This document shows positions 12,665 to 26,811 of a stretch of 64,000 nt of DNA, piece by piece (the first letter of the stretch is position 1; each line of letters opens with the position of its first letter). Source of the DNA: Eledone cirrhosa (lineage: Eukaryota); contig OZ024745.1 in the NCBI GenBank assembly GCA_964016885.1, positions 79,670,001 through 79,734,000 on the forward strand. The letters are read 5' to 3'. A program made the position numbers and the translations under genes. The notes under the pieces are model-generated. The model saw nothing but the letters and a program-made list of their open reading frames with translations, made no database searches and was not told where the DNA came from.

Positions 12665-13050
12665 CGTATCAAAATAATTGTTTCTACTATAGGCACAAGG
12701 CCAGTAAGTTGAAGGGGAGGGGAAAATCGATTAAATTGACCCAAGTGCGTTACTGGAACTTTATTTTATCGATGAAAAGCAAAGCCAACCTCGGCGGGAT
12801 TTGAACTTAGAGCGTATAAAAATAATTGTTTCTACTTTTGGCACAAGGTCAGCAATTATATCAGTGTATGACTGGTACTTTATTTTATCGACCCCGTAAG
12901 GATGAAAGGCAAAGTTACCCTCGGCAGGATTTGAATTCAAACTGTAAAGGGGCGTAACTCTATGTTGCAAAGCATGGCGTTCGATCCTCTATGACTGCTA
13001 TTTATTTTAGCGTTCTGACCATTCTATTTACTATTCTGCCAACAACTAGC
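12665..13050 (-). mobile_element. Two tandem SINE copies (one partial), same family as 11093-11292
   Basis: Reverse-complement core ctggtactttattttatcgaccccgtaaggatgaaaggc and ggatttgaa B boxes. Confidence 0.75.
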
Positions 13051-13643
13051 GTTTTTGATTAAATAGTAATAAATAGTATAAAGTAACATAAAAACAACTT
13101 GTTTCTCTTTTATCAGGTCATAATTTCATTGGACATCAGGGATATCTATCTTTTATGAAGCATATTACAGAGCTTCAGTAGACTCAACATAATAGTGTTG
13201 GGCTTTGTTTTAAAAGAATAAGCTGGAAGCTTCTGCAAATAGATTTTGATTCATACATCAAAATTATTTAATATATTCTTTGATACAGACTAGCCAGTGT
13301 TTGCAGATTATGAAAATACTAGCCAGCACTATAAAACCGTACCGAATATGTGTGTCTATTGAAATTACAGTACATGTATATATATGTGTACATGATCCTC
13401 TGTGTGTCTGTTCAAGTGACCATGTGCGTAAAATTGATCATATGTTTAAAAGTATGTACAGTACAATCCACTCATATACGTACACACTTGTGTTTATGTA
13501 CGCTCATATTTGTATTCCATTATGCACCCATACCCTACAGGTATGCATACACACACAGACAGACGCCCTCCCCCCCACATATGTTTATATATATATATGT
13601 GTGTGTGTATGTATGTATGTACCAATCTATCTATCTATCTATC

Positions 13644-13679
<36 letters not shown>

Positions 13680-13702
13680 TGTTATGTATGTATGTATGTT
13701 AT

Positions 13703-14310
13703 GTCAGGTCACCAGTTGGTGCTACTGGTAACATGTATCCCAGTACAACCTGTCTCATGGTCGGGTCGTTGGCGACTAAACTGGCAACCCCACCAAGGTT
13801 TCTTGGTGAGGAGGGTGACTTTGGACATCCTGCAGGACTAAAAACAAAACCTGTCAAAGGGCAAAGGAGCTCTTAAGAGTCAATGGCCATCCAAAATCAC
13901 CGGGAGAGATGACCCCTTAGCCTTTGTCAAGGCAGAATTCTAGGAGAAGGAAAACTCTGATATAACACCTGCAACCCTGATGGTATCCAATGATGTTGAC
14001 TTGTTCTTCTTTTTGGTAAATATCATCTTGGTTAAGAGAGTGGGACTGGCTTTGTGCAGTGCCTTTGCTCACTATAAAAGCTTCACGGCACAGGCATTGC
14101 TTTATATCTGGAGATCTCTCTGCACTTGTCCTCACATGGTACCATGGGCCCAGCACTATGTGTCAATAATTGTCACAAGTGTAGTGTTTGTACCAGAGTT
14201 TTCAAGTCGCTGGCTGGACTAAAAAGTCACACTCGTTCAGCGCTTCGGTAGGGGTTCTCCTACATGGATATAAAGTAGTGGCCGTACTCGAAAACGAGTT
14301 GGCAGCCACC
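13703..14310 (+). mobile_element. Short non-autonomous repeat with an RTE-like 5' motif
   Basis: ctaggagaaggaaaactctga motif; flanked by (ATGT)n; related copy at 4295-4629. Confidence 0.45.
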
Positions 14311-14317
14311 ATGTATG

Positions 14318-14468
<151 letters not shown>

Positions 14469-14473
14469 GTATG

Positions 14474-14567
<94 letters not shown>

Positions 14568-14623
14568 TATACATATATATATATATACATACATACATAA
14601 AAATAAATGTATATATACATAGA

Positions 14624-14693
<70 letters not shown>

Positions 14694-14749
14694 CATAAAA
14701 AAGGAAAACAAAATATTTTTCTTCCTAATAATCGTCTCTTTCTCCCTGT

Positions 14750-14785
<36 letters not shown>

Positions 14786-15225
14786 CTATCTCTATCATAA
14801 GTTTACGCGTGACCAGACACAGGCATGTGGATGGAGTACAATCTTAAAACATCATCCTTTACTACCATATGTGTGTCTCACTTTTTACCACTATGTGTGT
14901 GTCTCAATTTACGTACATTTCAATATGGTCGTAAACGGTTTATCTTTTTCTTTTCTTTTTTTTTCTTCTTAATAAACACTAAACACTACTGGCATTCATG
15001 TAAGGCTAACAATTGCAAATATAAGCTACGATTATTCCCATGGGCAGATAAATGTTTGGTTTTAATTATTTCCATAGTATTTTCTTACTGATACAAATGA
15101 TTGTAGCAATGAAAGACGCAAGAATAGATCAAATACTAGACATTGTGGATTCGTTTGTTATATATATTATATGCTATACATTACTATACATACACACAAA
15201 TATACACACGCAAACGCACACCCAA

Positions 15226-15305
<80 letters not shown>

Positions 15306-15574
15306 GTATATATACGAACGAACCCGCATACTCACACAGACGCAAAATTCACGTATACACATAACGATATGCACATGTACCAGTATATATAATATTATAT
15401 ATATGCCTATAACATATACAACCAAATATACGTACGAGAAAGTATACGTACCTTCACAAAACATACAGGTAATATATACTTACCTATACAAATAAGTAAT
15501 GGTATAAACATAACATATAGTTAGCTACCACATCAAAACGTAAAATATCCGCGTAGAGTTCGTACTATTAGGGT

Positions 15575-15774
15575 ATAATGTGGGGCTGTAATACAGGAAT
15601 GTTTTGTGCAATTTATGTTTACAAGCCGAAATTGCCTCAGATATTTTGTTTAAGATGTGGTCTTTGGCGTAGAGTATTTCCAGGGCTTCAGCGGCGCAGA
15701 GGTCACATGGTCTTTTATTTCCGTTATACGATCTAGCCTTAGCAAGGATCTCCCAGTCTAACTTATATTGGGGG
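15575..15774 (-). pseudogene. Naiad-like GIY-YIG C-terminal fragment
   Basis: PQYKLDWEILAKARSYNGNKRPCDLCAAEALEIL..ILNKISEAISACKH. Confidence 0.75.
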
Positions 15775-16235
15775 GACCTTTCGGGCATAAGCCCTTCACC
15801 AGGAGAAAAGTGGGTAGAAAGAGAGTTCTGAGGGTGTGTGGGGTAGTGGTGGAAAAACATAAAAAAGGGTGGGAGAGAAAAGGGAGGAAAAACGAATTTT
15901 TTTAGAAGTACAATAACAATAAAAATAAACTTTAAAATAAACAAGTGGTGGAAGGGTATGAGGCGTGTAGGGGTGGTGGCGGGTAGAGTTAGGAGAGGGA
16001 GGCGGGGGATCCGAGCGGAGAGGGCTGAAAGTGGTGTTTGTGTATGTGTGTAGGTGTACGTGTATGTGTGTGTATGTGAATGTGAGAGTTGGAGGAAGAA
16101 CGAGGTTCCATGTTCAGGTAAAGGGGAACCGGTGTGTACATGGGGTGGGGTGTAAGTCGGTGTGTGCGTGCGTGTGGATGGAGAGGGGTCAGGGGGTGGG
16201 GGTCGTGTGGATTCAGGAGGCTGAGTGTGTGTATG
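15775..16235 (-). mobile_element. PLE 3' UTR fragment ending in a degenerate hammerhead (15775-15808)
   Basis: CTGGTGA-a-gggc-ttat-gccc-GAAA-gg-TC preceded by C/A-rich sequence. Confidence 0.5.
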
Positions 16236-16243
16236 TGGGGATA

Positions 16244-16280
<37 letters not shown>

Positions 16281-16393
16281 GGTGTCCCTCCAAAATGCAT
16301 ACACATATATATTAGAATGTTATTGAAGTGTGTATACATTTTTTGGGACATCCTATATATATATATATATTTATATGTTCATACACCCTCCCC

Positions 16394-16458
<65 letters not shown>

Positions 16459-16593
16459 CACCCGTTTTACGTGTGTTGTATTGAAGCGAATAACTATGTG
16501 TATACTCTGGGAATGTATCCTACATTACCTCTGGAGTACGCTGAGATACAACCGGTCCTGGCATTGATAAATATGCTGGGTCCGTCAACACAT

Positions 16594-16624
<31 letters not shown>

Positions 16625-17069
16625 AGTGTAATTTTCTACACAAAACGAAGGTTATAGAGAAAATTGAGGTTGGTAATGGCACATGGAATATATAAGAGAC
16701 AGAATACTTTTTTGTGAAAAAACATAATTTTATAAGGTAAAGGGTATAAAAAATGACCGGTTTCGATGGGTCTGCAAAAGCCATCTTTTCAAATGTTGAT
16801 TAATATTAAGAAAAATTAATAATACGAAGAGTTAAAATTTGAGACTTGAAAATTCAAGTATAAAATTCATTGTGGGATTTCATAGCAGTTTTCATCTAGG
16901 TAGCAACAACAGGTTGACTGCTGTGTCCCTTTCTGGTAGTGAATGAGAAGTTATTTGGGGTGTGGGTTATTTTATAAAGGTCAGATTTAGCAATAGCCAG
17001 CTGCTGGTCAGTGAGGGGGTGGAAGCAATATACACACACATACCTTCATCCACACATACATACACATAC

Positions 17070-17108
<39 letters not shown>

Positions 17109-17175
17109 CACACATACATACACACACACATATACATATACATACACACATACACACACACATATATATACACAT

Positions 17176-17230
<55 letters not shown>

Positions 17231-17261
17231 TATATATACATACACATACATCCAGATACAC

Positions 17262-17357
<96 letters not shown>

Positions 17358-17525
17358 CCCCACACATACATACACACACACATATATATATACATACACA
17401 CATACAAACATACACACACACACACACACACATATATATACACACATACACACACATATATATACACACACACACACACATGCATATATATATATATATA
17501 CACATACGCATACATCCAGATACCC

Positions 17526-17556
<31 letters not shown>

Positions 17557-17897
17557 ATACATACATCCACATGCACACACATACTCACACACACACACAC
17601 ACACATACATACACCCACACACAGAGAAATGGCCTTCAAATATATATATATATATATACATACAGACACATATATTTTTTCCATAATATAAGAAGTTGGG
17701 GCAGTGAAATTAAAATAATTCTGTGTGCGCATATATATACATAGATATACGTGTGTGCACGTGCAGGGTTTAACATGGATGTGTTGGTCACACAAAGGCA
17801 TGGTCTGTCAATGAATAAACCTGATTCTACAGAATTGGTCTCTGGTCTTTAATAGTAGTGATTCCGTGCGTATGTGTGTTTATATTTTATGAAAATT

Positions 17898-19775
17898 CTA
17901 TTGGGGTGATAACCCGTTTAGTTTTGGTTTAAATTTGTTAAGGAATAGATTTTCTTTGTTTATTCTTTGTTGTTGTGTGAACGAATCTGAGCACTTGTAG
18001 AAGGGGAAGATTTTAAAGTTGGGTAGTGTCATTCCTGCGCAGTTCGCAATATGGCTGCTCAAGGGGATTTTTCTTGTGTTAGCGTCCCGGATTTGTTGGC
18101 GGTGGATGGTCATTCTTTTGCGTAATGAGGTGCCCGTCTGTCCTATGTAGTTGTGTTTGCACCCACCGCAAGTTATTGCGTAAATCAAGTTCTCCGAGTT
18201 GCAGGTGAAATTGTTTTTTACTGTAAATGTTTGGCCATCTTTGAATGTAAATGTTTGTCCTTCAGTGAGGTAGAGGCACGTTCCACAGTTTGTTCTACCA
18301 CATTTGGTAACTGTAGGGTTGAGGATTGGTTTGGGTATATTTGGTCCAGTGAGAATGCGTTTAAGTGATTTGGGTTGTCTTTTACTTTTAAGGATCTTGT
18401 GTGTTTCAAGAATAGACTTCATTTTTACATCTTTAAGTAGGATGGGGAGGTTTTTGTGTAGGTGATCAAACATTTCGGTATTTCTGGGGTTGAAAGTGGA
18501 TACATATGGCAGGGTGTTGAGTGTGGTTTTCTGTTTTGGATTGTTAAGTTGATGGGGATTTAGGTGTTTTGCCCTGTCTATTCCATTGTTGATTATTTCA
18601 AGTGGAAAGGCTCTTAAGATAAGGGTGTCTTTTAGTTCCTTTAGTCTTTGCTCCCGTTTAGGTGGATCTGATACTATGGTACATATACGTTTGGCCAAAT
18701 TGTAAGGAATGTTAAGTTTTGTATGTTTTGGGTGACTTGATGTGAAAAAGAGGTATTGCTTGGAATCTGTGGGTTTATAGAATATATCTGTATCTAATTT
18801 CCCGTCTATTACAGAGATGAGAATATCCAAGAAGGCTAATTCCTTAGGATTGGATTCCATTGTGAATTGTATGTTATTATCTATGTTGTTTATCATGTTT
18901 TTAAACGTAGTAAGTGAGTTCATGTCTTCTTGCCATAGGATAAAGCAGTCGTCTAGATATCTTTTCCAATTGGCTTTGAGGTGTGTGTGGAAAGAGTCTC
19001 CAAATAAGAGAAGGGACTGACTGTATATTTGTTGTTCATGGAATCCCATGACTAGGTTGGCATATGTGGGTGCTACTTTCGTGCCCATTGCCGTACCTGA
19101 TACTTGTCTGTATGTTGAACCATTGAATGTGAAGTAGTTATTTTGTAGGATAAAGCGGAGTCCGTCAGTGATAAAATCTGTGTTGATGCGTGTCGGTATT
19201 TCTGATGGGTGTGTGTTAAGCCAGTATTGGACTGCTGTTATTCCATAGTTGTGAGGTATGTTTGTGTAGAGGTTTATTACGTCAAAGGAGACAAGAATTG
19301 TATTTGCACTTACTGTTTTAGGGAGGTGTTTCAGCATGTCAAGGTCATCTCGTATGTAGCTCTGTATATGTTGTAGAAAGGGTTTCAGTAGGATGTCCAG
19401 AAAGTTGCTAAGTCTGTGGGTTTCACATGTAGGGCCTGCTATAATTGGCCTGAGTTTTAGGTTTTCTGGTGGTGTTAGTTCAATGTAATTGTTGGTTGAG
19501 GTGTCACATGCATCGTTTATGGGTTTACATTTGTGAAGTTTCGGTAAGCCGTAAAAAGAGCTTGTATTGCATTTGAAGTGGCTTATATAGTTAAACTCTT
19601 TTGTGGTTAAGCTGTTGCGGTATTTATTCAGTAAGGTCAAAAGGTTCCCCATTGTTTTGGTGTGTTTGTAGTTTTCTGTTTTTTCATAGTATGTGTTGTT
19701 TTCTAAAATGTTAAGTGCGAGGGTCCTATAGTAGTCCGTATTCATAATCACAACAGTACTGCCTTTATCGGCTTC
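17898..19775 (-). CDS. PLE reverse transcriptase + Cys linker + GIY-YIG endonuclease (open frame, N-terminus lost)
   Basis: ADKG, FYGLPKLHK, RPII, SFDVINLYTNIP, GTAMGTKVAPTYANL, RYLDD, FLDI, KCGRTNCGTC, NLIYAITCGGC..YIGQT, R..H, REN-like end (KENLFL..FKPKLN). Confidence 0.9.
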   Translation of the reverse strand, partial: EADKGSTVVIMNTDYYRTLALNILENNTYYEKTENYKHTKTMGNLLTLLNKYRNSLTTKEFNYISHFKCNTSSFYGLPKLHKCKPINDACDTSTNNYIELTPPENLKLRPIIAGPTCETHRLSNFLDILLKPFLQHIQSYIRDDLDMLKHLPKTVSANTILVSFDVINLYTNIPHNYGITAVQYWLNTHPSEIPTRINTDFITDGLRFILQNNYFTFNGSTYRQVSGTAMGTKVAPTYANLVMGFHEQQIYSQSLLLFGDSFHTHLKANWKRYLDDCFILWQEDMNSLTTFKNMINNIDNNIQFTMESNPKELAFLDILISVIDGKLDTDIFYKPTDSKQYLFFTSSHPKHTKLNIPYNLAKRICTIVSDPPKREQRLKELKDTLILRAFPLEIINNGIDRAKHLNPHQLNNPKQKTTLNTLPYVSTFNPRNTEMFDHLHKNLPILLKDVKMKSILETHKILKSKRQPKSLKRILTGPNIPKPILNPTVTKCGRTNCGTCLYLTEGQTFTFKDGQTFTVKNNFTCNSENLIYAITCGGCKHNYIGQTGTSLRKRMTIHRQQIRDANTRKIPLSSHIANCAGMTLPNFKIFPFYKCSDSFTQQQRINKENLFLNKFKPKLNGLSPQ

Positions 19776-19824
19776 AACTTCCATTTAAAAAGTTGATTTG
19801 GTAGTGAAAATGTTGAGGACAGTG

Positions 19825-19861
<37 letters not shown>

Positions 19862-20133
19862 GTATGTGTATGTATGTGTGGATGAAGGTATGTGTGTGTA
19901 TATTGCTTCCACCCCCTCACTGACCAGCAGCTGGCTATTGCTAAATCTGACCTTTATAAAATAACCCACACCCCAAATAACTTCTCATTCACTACCAGAA
20001 AGGGACACAGCAGTCAACCTGTTGTTGCTACCTAGATGAAAACTGCTATGAAATCCCACAATGAATTTTATACTTGAATTTTCAAGTCTCAAATTTTAAC
20101 TCTTCGTATTATTAATTTTTCTTAATATTAATC

Positions 20134-20181
20134 AACATTTGAAAAGATGGCTTTTGCAGACCCATCGAAACCGGTCATTTT
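20134..20181 (+). ncRNA. Hammerhead motif with U3-A8 core variant (other copies 16750-16797 -, 23772-23819 -, 24109-24156 +)
   Basis: TTGAAAA-gatgg..ccatc-GAAA-CCGG-TC; stem I is weak (aacat/atttt). Confidence 0.6.
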
Positions 20182-20281
20182 TTATACCCTTTATTATTTC
20201 CTTACCTTATAAAATTATGTTTTTTCACAAAAAAGTATTCTGTCTCTTATATATTCCATGTGCCATTACCAACCTCAATTT

Positions 20282-20369
<88 letters not shown>

Positions 20370-20370
<1 letters not shown>

Positions 20371-22162
20371 GATATTAAACAAATGGAAACTATATTTATA
20401 AAACCATATTTATTTCATTATATATATTTCAGGGATACCATATTAAAAATATGGTATGCCTTCCTCAGACAAAATACAATATATAAACCGTTTTATAAAT
20501 AAATATGACATACCTAGAACAGTGCAACTTCCATTTAAAAAGTTGATTTGGTAGTGAAAATGTTGAGGACAGTTAAAAAGAGGGACGAAGAGAAAAAAGA
20601 AAAAAAAGAAAAAAAGAAGAAAAAAGAAGAAAAGAAGAAAGAAAGTGTATAGTGCTAAGGACAGTTAGAGAGGAAGATGAAGAGATGTAAGTAAAGAAAA
20701 CAACAGAGCGAGATAGAGAGAAAGAGATATGGGAGAGAGAAATATATTGAGGAAGTGAAAAATGATAGGCAGCTTGGAGACAGATGATCAGCGTACAAAT
20801 GAGATATTAAGGAGGGAAGGGGGTACTGTAATTATTTATTTATTTATTTATTTAGTTATAGTGTTAAGGATACGGAGAGAAATAAGATAAATAAAGAGAG
20901 GTAGAGAGAGATATATGTGGTGGGAGAAAAGAGGTAGATCGAGTCATATCTATCATACGAGGTGGGAGAGATACAGTTAAAAAACAGCCGATATATAAAT
21001 CCCGTCAAGTGTAGAGGAGAAAAAGAAAGAAAGATGATATATTTAAAATATTATGTCTCGTCCATTTGAATTATCAATTCATATGAATTAGGTATTACAA
21101 TGTAGATATCAATATTCATGAATGAGACATATATCAATAATGTGTGAAAAAATGAAAAAAATAATGACCCCATGTTTAGTTTAAAAATTCTTAGGTTTAT
21201 AAGCAAAATCTGAGATAAAACTTCAAAGATACTGAAATACATAAGTATATATGTATTTTCATGAAAAAAGAAAAAGAGAAAAGAGAAGGTTATCTCAAAT
21301 TCAAGTTGACAATTATGGACACGCATGTGAATTTACGTGATCGGCTCTGTAAATTCATATTTTCATGAAAAGCTTCATTGCGTTACAAAAGATTCCACCA
21401 TATATATATGTACATACATATATATATAGACATAAAGTGTACATTAATATTAATAATAATACTCTTGCCCTCACTTACATGATTATCGTTCAAGCATAGA
21501 ATAGACAACAGATATCAATATATTAAAAATATATTAAAAAATATATTAAAAATGCCAAGAATATCTTCGTCACTCCACAGAGTTACTAGGGACGCAATAA
21601 AACATAGTATGCCACGCATATCAACCACAGAAAACCACCCTTCAAATTTATTTGACAATATATTGTCAAGTTCATTAGAAGCAATCAGAATCAAAAGTAA
21701 ACTAAAATTATTCAACAAACCTTATTTAGCAGAAATCATTCAAAAAGAAAATTTTATTCTACAAATGCTCTTATATTTATTATAGAAGTTTATCTAGCTT
21801 AAAAATGTATTCAATAGATTGGGAACATCACCATTATAGGGTACTTTAATTAATCTTATTAAATTATATACTCATGCAGAAGGTTTTAAAAAATCAACTT
21901 TTTAAATGGAAGTTGCACTGTTCTAGGTATGTCATATTTATTTTATTTATAAAACGGTTTATATATTGTATTTTGTCTGAGGAAGGCATACCATATTTTT
22001 AATATGGTATCCCTGAAATATATATAATGAAATAAATATGGTTTTATAAATATAGTTTCCATTTGTTTAATATCGTAAACCTACTCCAAAACCTGTTGAG
22101 TGCTTTTATATCAGTTATAAAATATTTACTCGTTGTAACCCTACAATTTTAAATAAAACTTT

Positions 22163-22165
<3 letters not shown>
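20370..22165. mobile_element. PLE-derived element: arms 20370-20549 / 21891-22077, tail 22078-22165; related to the 3' end of the 234-4145 element
   Basis: Reverse-complement arms; hammerhead and tail similar to 3943-4145; (TA)n flanks. Confidence 0.85.
21963..22039 (+). ncRNA. Type I hammerhead ribozyme (mirror copy ~20406-20482, minus strand)
   Basis: CTGAGGA 21977-21983; stem II aggcataccatatt/aatatggtatccct; GAAA-t-ATAT-a-TA; stem I atattgtattttgt/atgaaataaatat. Confidence 0.85.
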
Positions 22166-22202
<37 letters not shown>

Positions 22203-22206
<4 letters not shown>

Positions 22207-22310
22207 GGAGGTGAGTTTTATTGTAGCACAATAAAGCAATGCAAATATATATATATAATATAAACTCAAAAGATGGTTAAAAGAGTTCCATGTATTTTAT
22301 TATGCGCATA
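22203..22310 (-). mobile_element. Fragments of the 6993-9712 family (tail and arm end)
   Basis: tgtaggaggtgagttttattgtag and aaaagatggttaaa..ttttattatgcgcat. Confidence 0.7.
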
Positions 22311-22457
22311 TATATATATGTAATGGTTAATATATCAGCAAAGCAAAATAGATTTTGATTCATACATATTTAATATATTCTTTGATACAGACTAGCCAGT
22401 GTTTGCAGATTGTGAAAATACTAGCCAGCACTATAAAACCGTACCGAATATGAGTGT

Positions 22458-22557
22458 CTAGGCCTGTAAAAGTCACTTCTATATTCATCATTATGTTTAA
22501 ACTGTACTAATGTATTGAGTACCTTACTGTGGTTACCCTCGTATGAACCCGGGAGTC
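22458..22557 (+). mobile_element. PLE tail fragment, family of 54495-54689
   Basis: atgtattgagtaccttactgtggttacc..aacccgg. Confidence 0.65.
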
Positions 22558-22594
22558 TCTGTTTCTCTCTCTCTTTCTCTCTCTCTGTCCCTCT

Positions 22595-22637
<43 letters not shown>

Positions 22638-22638
22638 A

Positions 22639-22750
<112 letters not shown>

Positions 22751-23242
22751 ATAGAATAATCGAGTATCGGAAAATCAGCTCACGAATTTACGATAAACAA
22801 ATCCGACATGAGTGGCAGAGGGCTCAATAATTCAGATAAATCAGAGCTATAACTATCGTTAAAATACCAACACACAAAGATTATGCCTAAAATCACCCAT
22901 GCAGCCGAAAAATAACGACCAGGAAGATTCGGGTCACTCAGATAAAATATCAATAAATCAATAATTTATATGAATGTAAAAACTTACCCGGACCCACTAG
23001 AAAGATGGTAAATCTAGCTTCTTGGGTTTCTGCAATTCCTTAATCCGCCCCCTATCAGCCCACATAAAAATATATAAGACTTCTAGGGAGCGGATGGACC
23101 GGAACACTTTATCAACGGGTTATGTCCAACGAATAAGGAAGTTAACTTTAGCTAGAACGCACATGGAGTCCAGCAAGGGAGATAACCTCTATATTCGCGA
23201 AAAATTATCGGTAATGTGGAAAACACATATCGAATAAGAGTG

Positions 23243-23316
<74 letters not shown>

Positions 23317-23488
23317 GTTTGAATGTGATTTTGCACATATAAACTCGATTGTCTGATGATCTATTGAGGGAGAGTAGGGTCCGGTCATTATGATTGTACC
23401 CAGAGCTGATCGATATCAAAACAATTGCAATATACCAATAAAGTTTATATATATATATGTGTTGCAACATCGACGTCGACCCTGCTTA

Positions 23489-24861
<1,373 letters not shown>

Positions 24862-24865
<4 letters not shown>

Positions 24866-24975
24866 TCCCGGGTTGAATCAGGGGTAACCACAGTAAGTGA
24901 AGTACTCAATACATTAGTAGAGTATATACACAATTTAATATAGAAATGGCTTCTACAGGACAGAACTGTTTCCTT
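24862..24975 (-). mobile_element. PLE tail plus 3' half of a hammerhead, family of 54495-54689
   Basis: Minus strand reads GAAACAG-ttctgtc-CTG-TA and TACTC..TTGAGTA. Confidence 0.7.
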
Positions 24976-25492
24976 CGTAAGACTGTGACAACCCATCCAA
25001 GACATGCCAGTGTGGAAAGTGGGCTTAAAATGAGGATGGTTAGATTTTTTAAAATTTAATGCCTGTATGTATTACTTTTCAATTCTAATTACTTGCACCA
25101 AGCCGACTTTGATAAGTAAAATTGGAGGTTTGCTATATAACGTAATTTTGTGTGTATGAGGGACTCCCCAAACCTGAAGTGCCCCGAGCTCCCAAGGTCT
25201 AAATCTGACCCTGCATGTGGGAGCGCAAGACTCCGTAACTCGAGGGAAAAAATTAAAAACTGTTGCAGTGGAATTTGCCACCGTGGAAGAGGCAACACCT
25301 CACTCCCTCATGTTTTTGAGTTTTTGAGGATCAAGGAAATGATCATCGGGCTTTCATACTGCGACCGAAGTTTTGCCTCAGTCTGAGTGTCACAAATGCC
25401 GTTCTTGATAACCTTTATCGTGGCTAGTAGCGGCTGTCATTGCCGACATCGAAGATGGATTTCTCCATACAAATGGAAAACAATCCATGGAC

Positions 25493-25548
<56 letters not shown>

Positions 25549-26362
25549 GATGCTTTTCAAACTGGTAATTATCTAGATATATCAGAAGCTCAAAAGATTG
25601 AAGTTAAAAATAAATAGAAATTATTCCAAGCAAAACAAACCCACACACATACAAAAATGTAAATAAATAAAGGATAATATAAAACTCTGCAGAATTTTCT
25701 TTCGAGTTAAATGAGTCTTAAGGAAGACCTTTGTCGTGTCCCAACTGAGTTCTGTTTGTGTCCCGGTGCTAAAATTTAAGATTATCGAAATCCGAATGAA
25801 AGCAATGTTTTGTAGCTATGAAATGTTTTTCAATACTGCATGTAAGTAGAAACACCTTAAACTGGCTATACAATGTATAATTACGAGATATAAATCTCTG
25901 AATAGATTCCTTTATGAGGTCTTTATCACAAAAGTAATAAGATAAAATTATTATTGTTAATGTTAACTCAAGGAAGAAACATTGAAGATTACAAGTACGC
26001 TTAGCGGCGGGGAGGAAATCCAGCTACTGATATACAGAAACAAAGTAATTTCGGATGTACTTCATACAGCTTTAGTCAATAGATGACACGACCATAAATT
26101 ATGCCTTAAAACCACTCGGAATGAATCTGCATTCATTCACAATTTTACGCACATGTAGATGCATTATTTAAACAAAATGTGACTTTGTCGAAATAATATA
26201 ACTTCCTCTGATCCTGAAGATATATGGCGAAATATTCTATCAGGTATTCGTTTAAAAATATGAAAGAAATGAAATACTATTGGTCGATGGCGCGCGCGCG
26301 TGTGTGTGAACATGCGTTTGTGTGTGTGTTAAAAAACACTTTACAACACTTCACATAATCAG

Positions 26363-26429
<67 letters not shown>

Positions 26430-26430
<1 letters not shown>

Positions 26431-26550
26431 CGAAGGAGTTGTGGTAAGGAACAAGATAGACCATAATGCACCAGAGTACTCAATACTTAGGGTAGTAAAT
26501 AGCCGTCGAAACGGCTTGAGCTCTGCCGTCAGGGTCATACATTACATTTT

Positions 26551-26552
<2 letters not shown>
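26430..26552. mobile_element. Short TA-embedded repeat; related copies 46062-46235 and 47054-47227
   Basis: Shared gtggtaaggaac..gcaccagagtactcaatacttagggtagta and tagccgtcgaaac. Confidence 0.75.
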
Positions 26553-26628
<76 letters not shown>

Positions 26629-26771
26629 CTAAAGAATTTACAGGGATCAAAACATTTTAGTTCGGATTTATTTGATCTACATAATTACTAAGCGTAACAA
26701 CTCACCGAGCTTTCAACTATCTAGTCAAGTCAAAACTAAGTGGATATCTCCATTTATAAATCTTAGTTACC

Positions 26772-26806
<35 letters not shown>

Positions 26807-26811
<5 letters not shown>

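Larger units (their letters stand above)
16621..20286 (-). mobile_element. Neptune-like PLE, 5'-truncated, with inverted arms (~16657-17110 / 19824-20286) and tail 16621-16656
   Basis: RT+GIY-YIG ORF, reverse-complement arms, hammerhead variant in both arms, microsatellite flanks. Confidence 0.9.

Noticed and set aside
21552-21785. 77-aa ORF as a PLE N-terminus
   Set aside because: Plausible by position but has no diagnostic motif.
23345-23435. CTGATGA..AAAACAATTGCA
   Set aside because: GAAA and UH are both altered; at best a relic.
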